DNA of 64,000 nt from Octopus vulgaris (lineage: Eukaryota), in NCBI GenBank assembly GCA_951406725.2, contig OX597827.1, positions 21,328,001 through 21,392,000 on the forward strand, in the 5' to 3' direction. Position 1 is the stretch's first letter; each line of letters begins with the position of its first letter. The translations under genes were made by a program, and so were the position numbers. Of this stretch, positions 1 through 11,959 are shown piece after piece. The notes below the pieces were generated by a model. The model ran no database searches and was not told where the DNA came from. It worked only from the letters and a program-made list of their open reading frames with translations.

Positions 1-205
1 CGCGCCAGGCGAAATGCTTAGAAATATTTCGTCTGTCGTTACGTTCTGAGTTCAAATTCCGTCGAGGTCGACTTTGCCTTTCATCCTCTCGGGGTCGATA
101 AATAAAGTACCAGTTTCGCACTGGGTCGATGTAATCGACTTAATCCGTTTGTCTGTCCTTGTTTGTCCCCTCTATGTTTAGCCCATTGTGGGTAATAAAG
201 AAATA
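1..205 (+). mobile_element. tRNA-derived SINE family A (5'-truncated by window edge)
   Basis: B-box-like GAGTTCAAATTCC and body GTCGACTTTGCCTTTCATCC..GGGGTCGAT..AAAGAAATA, near-identical to copies at ~5990, ~36068 and ~42080. Confidence 0.85.
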
Positions 206-1110
206 TAGATATATTACGCGGACGTAAGTACACTAGTGTTGACTGTTAAGCTGTGTTGGGTGGGTGGGTGGGGGTAAGAACTAAGTTGCGCACGCGCGCA
301 CACACTCATATATCGTCCTTGTTTTAACATTCACTTTTTCCAGCTTGCATGGGTCAGACGGAATTCACCGAGGCAGATTTTCGAGAGCTGGATACCTTTT
401 CTGTCACGAAGCATCACCTGTAATCAAGCGAGTTAATAGTTTTCCCGCTGGCTAGACATGGTTTTGCAGGATACTGGAAATGAACGACACCGCTTGTATG
501 ACAGTAGCACTCATTTACAACCAAACCGCAATGTCAAGTCAAGGCAACACGAACACACACACATGTGTATTTATATGTGTGTATATATGGCAGTCTTCTT
601 TCAGTTTTTGTCTACGAAATGTACTACAAAGGCGTTGGTCGTGTTAAAGGAGAAGACATTTATCCAAGGGGCTATACTAACTGAGCCCTAGACCATATGG
701 TTGCAATTTGAATATATCTGTAGGGTTCAATAAAATGTATGCTCAAGGATTGTCAAGACACGAAATACTTACCCCCCAAAAAAAATTTGTTGTTATTCAA
801 GATTATTTAGCTTACTTTCAGTTTGTCTACATCTTGACTCTGGTTCTACAAGTGTTTACCACTGAGCTGGCACACACAAATAAAGAAGTGCTTGTTCAAG
901 TTTTTGATACTCAATAACAGTAATAACACAAACAGAGTTGATTTTAGGCACAAGATACCAATTAAATGCTGAGTGGAAGTTCATACAAATCATCCCAAAC
1001 TATTTTTCACCCAACTATTTGTCTTCATATTCTCACTCATGCATTCCAGTAAATATACATTATGGAATTGTCAAATGAAATTACCAGAAGTTTCTTTATA
1101 AATTCTCAGA

Positions 1111-1280
1111 CATTATTTGCATTCGACAGATATTTGTCCTCATCTTCTTTGTTGTTAACTCAACATTTTGGCTGATATACCCTCCAGCCTTCATCAGGTG
1201 TCTTGGGGAAATTTTTCAATAATGTTGTTGTTGTTGTTATTATTATTATTCAGGTCACTGCCTGGACTCGAACTTGGAAT
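1111..1280 (-). mobile_element. 5'-truncated tRNA head/(AAT)n/hammerhead element (same family as 43006-43812)
   Basis: Reverse complement reads GTTCGAGTCCAGGCAGTGACCTG-(AAT/AAC)n-..CAAGACACCTGATGAAGGCTGGAGGGTATATCAGCCAAAATGTTGAGTT, collinear with 43050-43272 plus 43775-43795. Confidence 0.8.
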
Positions 1281-1710
1281 AATTCCTCATCTCTCAAATA
1301 TAGAACTGTATTCTAACAGATCTTTTTTCTTTTTGAAAACAGCTTACTGACAAATATAGAAACAGATGAAAGAATAAGAAATGCACAGCAGAAAATCCTA
1401 CTTACTCTTCTTAAAAAGTTCCCATATATTTAACATGTAAGAAAAGAATTTCAAGATGCTACAGAGCCTATGACATAATCCTATGTAATTCAGCTTTGAT
1501 TGAAAATAATGCCTGACAATGATAACAGCCAAAGCATTTCAGACTTCTGTTAAATACACTTTCTTAGAGGCTGCTGATACATTTGTGTAACAATCTCCTG
1601 CGTGTGGCTGTGGAACAAACTTCTTAACAATAACAGTGAAGCTTGCACCCATTTATTTGTCAAACAATCATCATCATCATCATGATTTTCATTTAAGATA
1701 TGATTTTCTT

Positions 1711-2047
1711 GAGTGGCTGTGTGGTAAGTAGCTTGCTTACCAACCACATGGTTCTGGGTTCAGTACCACTGCATGGCACCTTGGGCAAGTATCTTCTACT
1801 ATAGCCTTGTGAGTGGATTTGGTAGACGGAAAGAAGCCCGTCGTATATATGTATATATATGTGTGTGTGTGTGTATGTTTGTGTGTCTGTGTTTGTCCCC
1901 CCAACATCGCTTGACAACTGATGCTGGTGTGATTACGTCCCCGTAACTTAGCGGTTCAGCAAAAGAGACCGATAGAATAAGTACTAGGCTTACAAAGAAT
2001 AAGTCCTGGGGTCGATTTGCTCGACTAAAGGCGGTGCTCCAGCATGG
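1711..2047 (+). mobile_element. tRNA-derived SINE family B
   Basis: Head GAGTGGCTGTGTGGTAAG..GGGTTCAGT.CCACTGC, internal (TA/TG)n, tail GGCGGTGCTCCAGCATGGCC; matches 3331-3742 and 38019-38381. Confidence 0.85.
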
Positions 2048-3330
2048 CCTGTCAAATAACTGAATGGGTTGGAAGATTTGACAGGAGCTGGCAAGCCTGG
2101 GGTTGCATCAAGCCCTGCTGTCTCCTTTGGCATGGTTTTTATGGCTGGATGCCCTTCCTAATGCCGACCACTACACAGAATGGACTGAGTGCTTTTTACA
2201 TGGCACCGACATCAGTAAGGTCAGCAGGTGCCTTGCAAGGAAAATTCCTCTCAACTGAGAGGGTGGGGAGTAGTATTGAGGGAGGTGGCTTTGTGCCGGG
2301 GTGAGTGAGGGGGAAGAGAAACAGGTGTCTTGCTGTAGAAGAGATACATAGTTGCCCCAGTTGGGGAAAGACAAAGAGAGGGATGGTGTAGATGTGTTGG
2401 GAGAAACACATTCAAGTTAGAGAGAGGGTCGAGTGAGTGGGTGGGTGATGAAGGACAGTGGGAGTTAGAGGGGAGGGGAATGCAGTGAATGAACATAGGT
2501 GGAAGGAAGGGGTGTGAGGGAAGCCATGTAGTTGAGAAGGGATTCATCAGGAACGGTGACTTAGAGTGCAAAAGGACACATTATGAATTCCAGACATGGA
2601 TGGGAATAGAATTTGGAGGAGCATCTAACAAAATAATGGAATTGGTTACGTCTGTCTCAGTTGACTTTAATTTCATCCTTCATTCATAAAATAGTTACCA
2701 GTGAATCACCAGGGTCCTGAAGGTATTGCTCCAGCATGGCTACACTCCAAAGTCTACAATTAGTGAAATCATCTTCATGCCCAATGGAATATGCTAATTT
2801 TTTCAATCAAAACTTAGTTACATAAAATCATTTCCTAGTTTCTCTGGCTGGTTTCCTAAATTCTTCTCAGAGCAAATGTTGAATATATGAGAACTGTAAA
2901 GCATTTGTAATTAATTTATTGAAAGCCCTTCATCATTAAGGGGGGCAAATATGATTATTTTGTGTTGCTCAACTCCATAAGCATATTTGCCATTAAACTG
3001 TTTCGATAACAATAACACCAACGACAGCAATATTACCCTTTAAATTCCATTGCTAAAAGGTCTGTTAGTACCTCATAATTATATGTATCTGTTGGTATGG
3101 GTATGGGAGAACTTAAAGACAGATAATTGAGTGGAAAAGTGTAAAATGGTGCAAGCCGAAGGAATATGAGGGAAAACGGCAATGAAGGAGATAAGGGGAA
3201 AAGTGGTGGGGCTTGAGGTCAACTTGCTGGGCCCCACAAAGATGAATGATTGCAATAAATGGCAGGATGCTGTGTTGAAACTGAACCATCCACAAATTAT
3301 GCCGGCAGACATAAAAAAACTAATATACAT

Positions 3331-3500
3331 AGGCGTAGGAGTGGCTGTGGTAAGTAGCTTGCTTACCAACCACATAGTTTTAGGTTCAGTCCCACTGCGT
3401 GGCATCTTGGGCAAGTGTCTTCTACTATAGCCTTGGGCCGACCAAAGCCTTGTGAGTGGATTTGGTAGACGGAATCAGAAAGAAGCCCATCGTATATATG

Positions 3501-3533
<33 letters not shown>

Positions 3534-3742
3534 ATATATTTGTGTGTCTGTGTTTGTCCACCCCCACCATCGCTTGACAACCGATGCTGGTGTGTTTACG
3601 TCCCCGTAACTTAGCGGTTCAGCTAACGAGACTGATAGAATAAGTACTAGGCTTACAAAGAATAAGTCCCGGGGTCGATTTGCTCGACTACAGGCGGTGC
3701 TCCAACATGGCCGCAGTCAAATGATTGAAACAAGTAAAAGAA
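3331..3742 (+). mobile_element. tRNA-derived SINE family B, full length
   Basis: A/B-box-like head, internal microsatellite, GAAACAAGTAAAAGA tail; multiple collinear copies in window. Confidence 0.9.
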
Positions 3743-4740
3743 TACTATCCACAAGAGAATTATGAATGGGAAGTCACACATCTTGTATTCAAGTCGAAGC
3801 AACTATATCCAACTTCTTTAGTCAACACGTATCAATCATTTTCCATTATCAGTTCACAGCCTTACCTTGTTGGGGTTTTATTTTTAGAATCCAACACCAT
3901 TTCTTTGCATTACATGTTATACAAACATGTAACATGGGGTATATAAGGTCATAAAATGTTGCCATGAGTCAAAGATGAGTCAGTGTAGTCATAGTAACCA
4001 GTATACTCAGTGTAAAAATGTAGACGTCAGAAGATTTGAGAAATACTGAAATGAGTATTTAGAGAAATGTTGAGTGTCACAGATGTATGACAAGACATCA
4101 TGTCGTCTCAAGTAACAGAAAAAAAAACCCCATTCTCTCAACATTACACCCTGAATCTCCTTATTTCGTTTGGTATTACTTTTAAACATGGTTCTATAAG
4201 CTTGTTTTACATATATTTGTAGCAAAAGAAGGAATTCCAAACTTTTATTGTATAATGTCTAATATTTGAGTATACCATAACATTTCTCTCTCTCTCTCTC
4301 TACACACACATATATATATATATTTATATATATACATACACGTCCTTGTTTATCACTGATCCGGGATATCATGGTACGCTGTGAACTTTTGTTATGCTTG
4401 ACAATCAGCCAGAAATTCTTCTTGGACCTTAAAAGTGGACGCCAACGGCCATCCACAAGTTGGGGTCTCGGAATGAAATGTGTTCTTTTATTCATTCAGC
4501 AGGGATTCGACACAATGTTTTTTCTTTCTTTTTAGCCTAACATCCATGATATACGAAAAAAGATGTATATATATATAGACATACATATACATACAGAGCA
4601 ATATGGAAGGACGAAATTATGTGAGAGAACAGTTCTGCTTACACAATGCAAATAGAGTAAGGTTTCTCATACAGCAAGTTGAAAACTTTAATCAGCTGAC
4701 ATTATCTAAGCAATTAATAAACAAAATCTCTTAGGTCTGT

Positions 4741-5246
4741 TTAATCCATTAACTGCCAATTTTTTTTATTCATATTTTTTGGCTTTTCCAGGTGTCTTAG
4801 GAGTTAAAATAATATATAGTATTTAAATTTTCTTCATATGTGAATTATTTTGGAAATTATAAATTTTTCAAAAAGTTCCAAATGGAGATCGCTGGAAAAA
4901 AAAGCGTATTTATCGTCTTCTATTCAATTGCAATAAAAAATCGTTTTAGTTCTTTTGAAACTATAGTATCGAATGCGTATGAAATATCGATGAGTGATCT
5001 AGATGGTGGTGGGCGTTTTCAAAAAAGTCAATATTTTTGTAGTTTAAAAATTGCAAGTTATGACATAAAATGTCCTTTAGAATTAGCCAGAGCTAATAAT
5101 GACAAGCTTTAACTACTAAATATTGTTAAACACACCTCTGCAAATGAAATGTTCATAAGCAATTCACTCTAAATACAACGAACAACCGGCAGTGAGTCTG
5201 TTTTTAGCAGATACCCAAATGGGGCTCATGGCAGGCAATGGATTAA
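4741..5246. mobile_element. piggyBac-like MITE
   Basis: Ends TTAATCCATTAACTGCCA ... TGGCAGGCAATGGATTAA: imperfect TIRs bounded by TTAA. Confidence 0.55.
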
Positions 5247-5986
5247 GAACCTTGAAACATCTCAAGAGAGATAACTCTAATACGACTAATTTTAGTGAAG
5301 TTATCCTCCCCTGTTTTAGAGATTTGTTTTTTTTCTTTTCTTTTCGTAAATACATTATCTACATTGCACAATCAATTAACTGTTTTCTCGCTCCCCTCCT
5401 GTTTGCAGTGTACCAACGACTGTGCCACCTCATCTGTGAGCCCAATATGAGATCAACCCACTTCTATGTTATTCTCTTCTCTGGGACCTTCCACTGTCAG
5501 CACGTGGCACAAGCTGCCTCACCTCTTCCACATCAGGTGATGCTTTGACTGTAAACCAAGCTACTTTCTCAGCTCATTTATTTCTTGCTTTATCAATAAA
5601 AACCCATCCAACAGATCATAATCAACCCGTTTCTTCCCAGTCTCAGACCCTTCACATTCAATACTTACACTGTCGAAGATTTTTGCATGTCGCCAGCTCT
5701 TCCTCCAGATTTCCTTAATGTCTGTACCCTACTGACAATCCAACCACAGCAACACCAATTAGATCACCTAGGTAACAGAAATTACCTACCAACTTTATCA
5801 TGACACTGGAGTAGTAATCCATGGGGTTTGCTTGATACGTGACTCTACAGCTAATTACTTCTGTACTAGGGCACTGGTTACCTGTTGGTCTGCCAGAGAG
5901 CTCTTTGCACCTTTTCTGCTTCTATCTAGTACGCATGATGGAGTTCTTAGCAATTTTCTTCTGATATACTCAGTGAAGGTATTTTC

Positions 5987-6205
5987 TGTGGCGAGCTGGC
6001 AGAAACGTTAGCACGCCGGCGAAATGCTTAGTGGTATTTCGTCTGCCACTACATTCTGAGTTCAAATTCCGCCGAGGTCAGCTTTGCCTTTCATCCTTTT
6101 GGGGTTGATAAATTAAATACCAGTTACGCACTGGGGTTGATGTAATCGACTTAATCCATTTGTCCCCCCTGTGTTTAGCCCCTTGTGGGTAGTAAAGTAA
6201 TAGGT
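5987..6205 (+). mobile_element. SINE family A, full length
   Basis: Head GGCGAGCTGGCAGAAACGTTAGCACGCC; AGGTATTTTC present on both sides (probable TSD). Confidence 0.85.
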
Positions 6206-7363
6206 ATTTTCCAGCTCCTTTATTTCTTAACTGGGGTATCTATTCTACAGCAAGACACCTATATCAGTCCCCTCTGTCTTAAATCTCTAGACTGGCACAC
6301 AACCACACCCACTCAAAAATACTTCTCCCTCACTCTCAGCTGAGGTGTCTTGCAAAGTACTCAACGACCCTGTTTCTGCTGATGTCACCTAAAAAGCACT
6401 CAATACACTCTGGAAAGTAGTTGTCTTTTAGGAAGGGCATCCAGCTGTAGAAACTATGCCAAAGCAGACTATAGAACCGAGTGCCGATCCTGTTCAACCT
6501 TCCAACCCATGCCAGCTTGGAAAACTAACATTAAATGATGATGATGTTGATGATATATAGCACTGCTACTAATTAGTAATCTTATGTCTGCCATTTGGAA
6601 CTTTAGGCCTTTTTACTTAAAACTATTTCCAAATGTTTCTGCCGGTCACTGCTTGTCTTCTTTTCTCTTTGAACATCAATATGCAACATAAACTACATAC
6701 ACCCATATACATCACCATCATTTAACGTCCACTTTAAACAATGATGATGATGATGATGCATATAACAAAACAGAGGATTAAAAAAGAAAGAAAAACTCAT
6801 AACTGGAATGTTGCTTTAATAAATAGAAATGTTTTGAAAAAAAAAATTCCAAAAAGCCAAAGGTTGCTGGTGAAATACATAACCAATACCTGACCGCATT
6901 TGTTATGAAAGACATGTAAAAAAATAATATTAAATACTTTGCTGTCATCTCAACTTCACAATTCATTAACTCAGAGATGTTGCTGGTAGAATATTGTTAT
7001 TGTTGACAGGATTAACGAGGCTGGTATCAAACGCATAACAGGAAGTTGTTAATGATATCCAAAACTGTTTAATAAGTGGAGCCTCATTAGACTGTAGGGT
7101 AATGATTTGAGTAATGATATAGGCAATGATACAAAGTAATGACAATGTAATGATAGAGGGAAATGATGAGGTAATGATTTAACTAACTGTCAGAGATACT
7201 CAGGTAGGAACAAGTGTATCTTTCAATTTAGGATTTACAAGAACTTTGGAATGTTGTAGTATGTGTGAGGTCTTATCACAGTGAGGGTTCTCTTCTTTGT
7301 GTATTCATTTGTGACTCAATAAATTTTTTTCATAAGAAATGTTTTATCACACCTTTCACAAGA

Positions 7364-9613
7364 TTATAGTCTATCCTTTGAATGAATCAATTTGTGTTCA
7401 ATTAACGAACTGTTTCGAGAGAAGGTTTTACTACAGATTTCACATTCGTATAACTTGTCGCCGGTGTGAACTCTTTTATGCTGAACTAAGATACTACTTT
7501 GGGAAAAAGCTTTGCCACAAATTTCACATTGATAAGGATTTTCTCCTGTATGCACTCTCATGTGCTGAACTAAGCTGCTATTAACTGAAAAGGCTTTACC
7601 ACAAATTTCACACTGGAACGGTTTCTCCCCTGTGTGAATTCGTGTATGACGAGACAAAGCTACTTTTTCAGAGAACTTTTTCCCACAGTTGTCACATTGG
7701 TGCATTCTCTCTCCAGAGTGAATACGTTTGTGTCGAGATAAAGCAAAATTACGAGGAAACGTTTTGCCACAAATATCACAAGAGTATGGTTTATCGTTAG
7801 AGTGAATCCATTTATGTTCTGTTAAAGTACCGTTTCGTGAGAAAGTTTTGCAACAAATTTCACACTTGTAACGTTTTTCACTCGAATGAATTTGTTTGTG
7901 AAGAATTAAAGAGTGATTCTGAGTATATATCTTACCACAGATTCCACATTTGTAAGGTTTCTCTCCAGAATGACTTTGATCATGTTCAACTAGTTTGCTT
8001 TTCTCAGAGAATATTTCACCACAAATTTTGCAATCATAGGATTTCTCCGATACATGTGACTGTGCATGAAGTGTTAATTCTGTATTTAAAGAAAAGGTTT
8101 TGCCACAGATGTTACACGAGTAGGTATTCTCTTGTGTATGAACGAGCATATGTTGTGTTAGAAAACTATTGGCAGAAAACGACTTGCCACACACTTCACA
8201 GGGATAGAATTTTTTCTTGGCATGAATCCATTTATGTTCATTTAAGATGCCAACTCTTTCAAATGTCTTATCACAAATCCCACACCGATATGGTTTCTCA
8301 CCAGAATGGATCCGTTTATGATGTATTAAACTACGATTCAAAGAGAATATTTTCCCACAAATATCACAAATATACGGGTTTTCCCCTGAGTGTAAACGTT
8401 TATGTTGAATTAGTATACTGTTTTGAGAAAATGATTTGCCACAAATATCACAATTGTAAGGACTCTCTCCAGAATGGATTCTTTTATGCTGAACCAAGCT
8501 ACTATTGACAGAAAACATTTTACCACAAATTTCACAATGGAATGGCTTTTCCCCAGTGTGGATTCGTTTGTGACGTGATAAATCTTTATTTTCAGCGAAT
8601 GCTTTTCCACAAGTTTCACACTGGTGCGGTTTCTCTCCTGTGTGAATTCGTGTGTGTCGAGATAAATAACTATTTCGAGAGAAAGTTTTACCGCATATTT
8701 CACAAGTGTAAGGTCTATCTTCAGTGTGGACCCATTTGTGTTCAATTAAGGCACTATTGCGAGAGAACGATTTACCACAAATTCCACATTTGTAGGGTTT
8801 TTCTCCGGTGTGGATACGTCTATGATGGACTAAAACACTGTTTTGTGTAAATGTCTTACCGCAGATTTCACAGTGGTATGGGTTTTCACCAGTATGAATT
8901 CGTTTGTGTTGAACTAGGCTGCTACTCACAGAAAAGGCTTTACCACAGACTTCACACTGATATGGTTTTTCCCCTGTGTGTATGCGTCCATGGCGAGATA
9001 AATCACTTTTAATAGAGAAACTTTTACCACAGATCTCACAGTGGTGTGGCTTTTCGCCAGTGTGTGTACGAGCATGTCTAGACAGGTAATTACGTTGTGA
9101 AAATATCTTACCACAACTTTCACAGCGGTAGGTCTTGTTGCCAGTATGGATAAGTCGATGATGAGATAAGCCACTGCTATGAGAGAAGGTTTTACCACAA
9201 AATTCACAACTGTATGGTTTATTCTTGGTATGAGTCCATTTATGCTCAATTAAGATATTCTTCCTAGAAAATGTTTTGCCACAAATTTCACAGTGAAATG
9301 GTTTCCCTTCTAATTTTACATTAGATAAAGTCCTGCTTTGAGAAGTCGGCAGACAAGTTATAGTGCAAAATGATTTCTCTGTGGCATCAACTTCCTTATC
9401 TTCTGTCAAATGGTTGTTTATTGTTGTTTCACAAGATTTCAAGCCACAGATAATCTCTGTTTCATTAGGAAAGTTATCACAAGGAAGAAATTTTGCCTCA
9501 ATACTTTCTTCATCAGTATTCCTACATTTGTGCATTGACAGCTCATCATTTTCAGAAAAACCTTGTTTGCATATCTCACACTGAAGCAGTTTATACTCCA
9601 TGTCTTCAAACAT
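7364..9613 (-). CDS. C2H2 zinc-finger protein, 23 tandem fingers plus one degenerate N-terminal finger (749 aa, single coding exon)
   Basis: Intact ORF with repeated CxxC-x12-HxxxH and TGEKP linkers; polypyrimidine+CAG acceptor at ~9838-9865 (minus) implies an upstream non-coding exon. Confidence 0.95.
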   Translation of the reverse strand: MFEDMEYKLLQCEICKQGFSENDELSMHKCRNTDEESIEAKFLPCDNFPNETEIICGLKSCETTINNHLTEDKEVDATEKSFCTITCLPTSQSRTLSNVKLEGKPFHCEICGKTFSRKNILIEHKWTHTKNKPYSCEFCGKTFSHSSGLSHHRLIHTGNKTYRCESCGKIFSQRNYLSRHARTHTGEKPHHCEICGKSFSIKSDLSRHGRIHTGEKPYQCEVCGKAFSVSSSLVQHKRIHTGENPYHCEICGKTFTQNSVLVHHRRIHTGEKPYKCGICGKSFSRNSALIEHKWVHTEDRPYTCEICGKTFSRNSYLSRHTRIHTGEKPHQCETCGKAFAENKDLSRHKRIHTGEKPFHCEICGKMFSVNSSLVQHKRIHSGESPYNCDICGKSFSQNSILIQHKRLHSGENPYICDICGKIFSLNRSLIHHKRIHSGEKPYRCGICDKTFERVGILNEHKWIHAKKKFYPCEVCGKSFSANSFLTQHMLVHTQENTYSCNICGKTFSLNTELTLHAQSHVSEKSYDCKICGEIFSEKSKLVEHDQSHSGEKPYKCGICGKIYTQNHSLILHKQIHSSEKRYKCEICCKTFSRNGTLTEHKWIHSNDKPYSCDICGKTFPRNFALSRHKRIHSGERMHQCDNCGKKFSEKVALSRHTRIHTGEKPFQCEICGKAFSVNSSLVQHMRVHTGENPYQCEICGKAFSQSSILVQHKRVHTGDKLYECEICSKTFSRNSSLIEHKLIHSKDRL

Positions 9614-10445
9614 TGAAATTAAACCCAGTTAACTTGGTGCGATGAACAAACTGCAACCTTGGAAACTGAATGTCTCACAATCAAACCGATTGCAAAGTTG
9701 ACAATCTTAGAAACAGGAACTTCCTGATTTGAATCACCTTCACAAAAATACAAAACCATTTTTTAGGTTAATAGCTTCACTTCCTAAGGTTTCCAAATAA
9801 GAAAACTTATTTTTTCTACTTGGGAAGGTGGAACTTCCTGAAAAAAGAAGACAAAAAAAGAAAGTGAAATGAGTGAGAATTTAATAAAATTTAAAAACTA
9901 AAATAAGAAAACTCATTGGTTAAAGATAAACTTGATGTTTAACAAAATATGAAAATTGCTTGACTGGGTTTTGTGAAAGATCACAAAGTCCCATATTAGA
10001 AGAAAATGGAGGAAATAGTAGTTAAGACATGTTTAGTTAGTAAATTATCTAGAAATGAGTAGCTAAAGATTTTTGTCTGAATCTGCAATGCCTAACAAAC
10101 CAAATATGCTGGTTTTTGCTATGTTCCGTTTATCACTTCATTCACATGTTGATGTTAATAAATATTTTCTGTTTGGTTAAGGATTTTAACAGAATCACAT
10201 CAACTTTATGATGATATTTTTCAACAAACCTGTGAGCCTGTGCTTTTGTTAGATTTATTATCAGTTTGGAGTAGCTTTGACAGACAAAACACACAATAAA
10301 GTTGAAACAGCACACTGTCTCAAAGATTCCTTACACCAGTGTTATGAAAATACACCATTTAAAGGGAGGAGGTGTTTTCTGATTAGGGAAAACAACAGGG
10401 ATCAGTTATTCATGGCTGAATCTATTCGAATCTATTGGGAATAAC

Positions 10446-10760
10446 ATAATAATGAAATTATTGTATACAGTGCTCAGGTGCACCACAACTTGTCAAAAGT
10501 GTGTATAAAGCATATGCAGTAATGTACAAATGTCTGGAAAGCGAACAGTGTATGAGACAGATACATGCTTGCATGTGTATGGAGGGTAGAAGATCAGGTA
10601 TAGTGTTGGCGAATCTCAGGAAGCATGGAAGTTTTGAAGGATGCAGTGCTCCGACAACTAACAGCTGATGCCGGCAGTTTGTTCCATGCTTCAGCAACTC
10701 TTAGCATGAAAAAATGTTTCCGAAAGTCATGGGAGCTGTGCTGTTTTCTGACTTTGTAAA
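10446..10760 (-). mobile_element. CR1/L2-type LINE 3' end fragment
   Basis: Reverse-complement match to 43460-43773 (..HDFRKHFF.LRVAEAWNKLP.. plus 3' UTR and ATT tail). Confidence 0.8.
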
Positions 10761-11959
10761 CATGAATCAATGTTATTGAAATGTTTGAAAATTAAGTCTT
10801 TAAAACCAAAATTTTTAGAGATTAATTTTTCATAATTAATTAATAATAAATAAGCTGGCAGAAAAGTTACTGCTTAGGGGAAAATGCTTCACAGCATTTC
10901 TTCTGACCTTACATTTGAGTTCAAATGCCATCAGAGTCAACTTTGCCTTTCATTCTTTCACAGTCAATGAAATAAGAACCAATTGAGCACTGGGGAGGTC
11001 AATGTAATCGACTTACATTAAAGTTATGCATATCTGTGGAGTATTCAGCCACTTGCTCATTAATTTCATGAGCAGGTGGTTCTGTTGATTGGATCAGCTG
11101 GAACTCTCGTCATTGCAACCAATGGAGTGTAAGTGTAACAAAAATTATAGCCAAGAATCTGGCTTTAAAGAATTATTTCAATAATTGTTCATTTCAGGAA
11201 TTAGTTCTTCACTTTTGAGAGAGAGAGAGAGTGTGTGTGTGGGAGATGGCCAAGATGAGGTATGAAAAAGACAATGGCTCACATCCTATCTTTGACAGAA
11301 AAACAATGTTCATGGCCCAGAGACTTAATTGTTCCTGGTGCAGTCCTCCGAGCAGTAAATATGGTTTGTGAGAGTATAGGTACAGCACTGCATATTTAAT
11401 GAGTGTTCTGTTAGAATGCATTGGAAGGTTCAGCTTGTGCTAAAAACCCAGGGACTGTAGTAGGAACCCACCCAAAAGACGACAATGATGACTTACTTTC
11501 AGTTTTGACCATGAGCAAGCAGTTATTTAATCAACTAATTAATGTTTAAGTGGCTGAGTATTCCACAGGCCTTGTCAGTACAATACATAACGAAGCTGAA
11601 CGTTTAATTACAGATACAATCCATTCAAAAGGCTTCTATGCAGTTTCCCCCTAACCCAATTTCACTTCCAAGGTTTGAGTTGACCTGAAGTTAAGATAAA
11701 AGGTGTTTGCCAAAGATGCAATGCAGGGAGATGGCACTTGGAACTTTAAAGCTTACAAAAACAATGTTCCTAATGACTCAGTCATGTTGGCATCCATAAA
11801 TAAATAAGCTGCCTTGGAAATGGTGTCAGTGAAATAGCAACCAAAACACAGGGGTGGCTATGTGGTAAGAAGTTTGTTTCCCTGTATTTTTGCTTTTTTG
11901 AACTCTGAACTTTTGGTTTTCTGTGATCTTTTTTCAAAAAAGAAACACAGCAAAGAAGA

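Noticed and set aside
7339-9584. Antisense and alternate-frame ORFs over the zinc-finger gene
   Set aside because: Shadow ORFs of the repetitive finger coding sequence; no recognisable domains.
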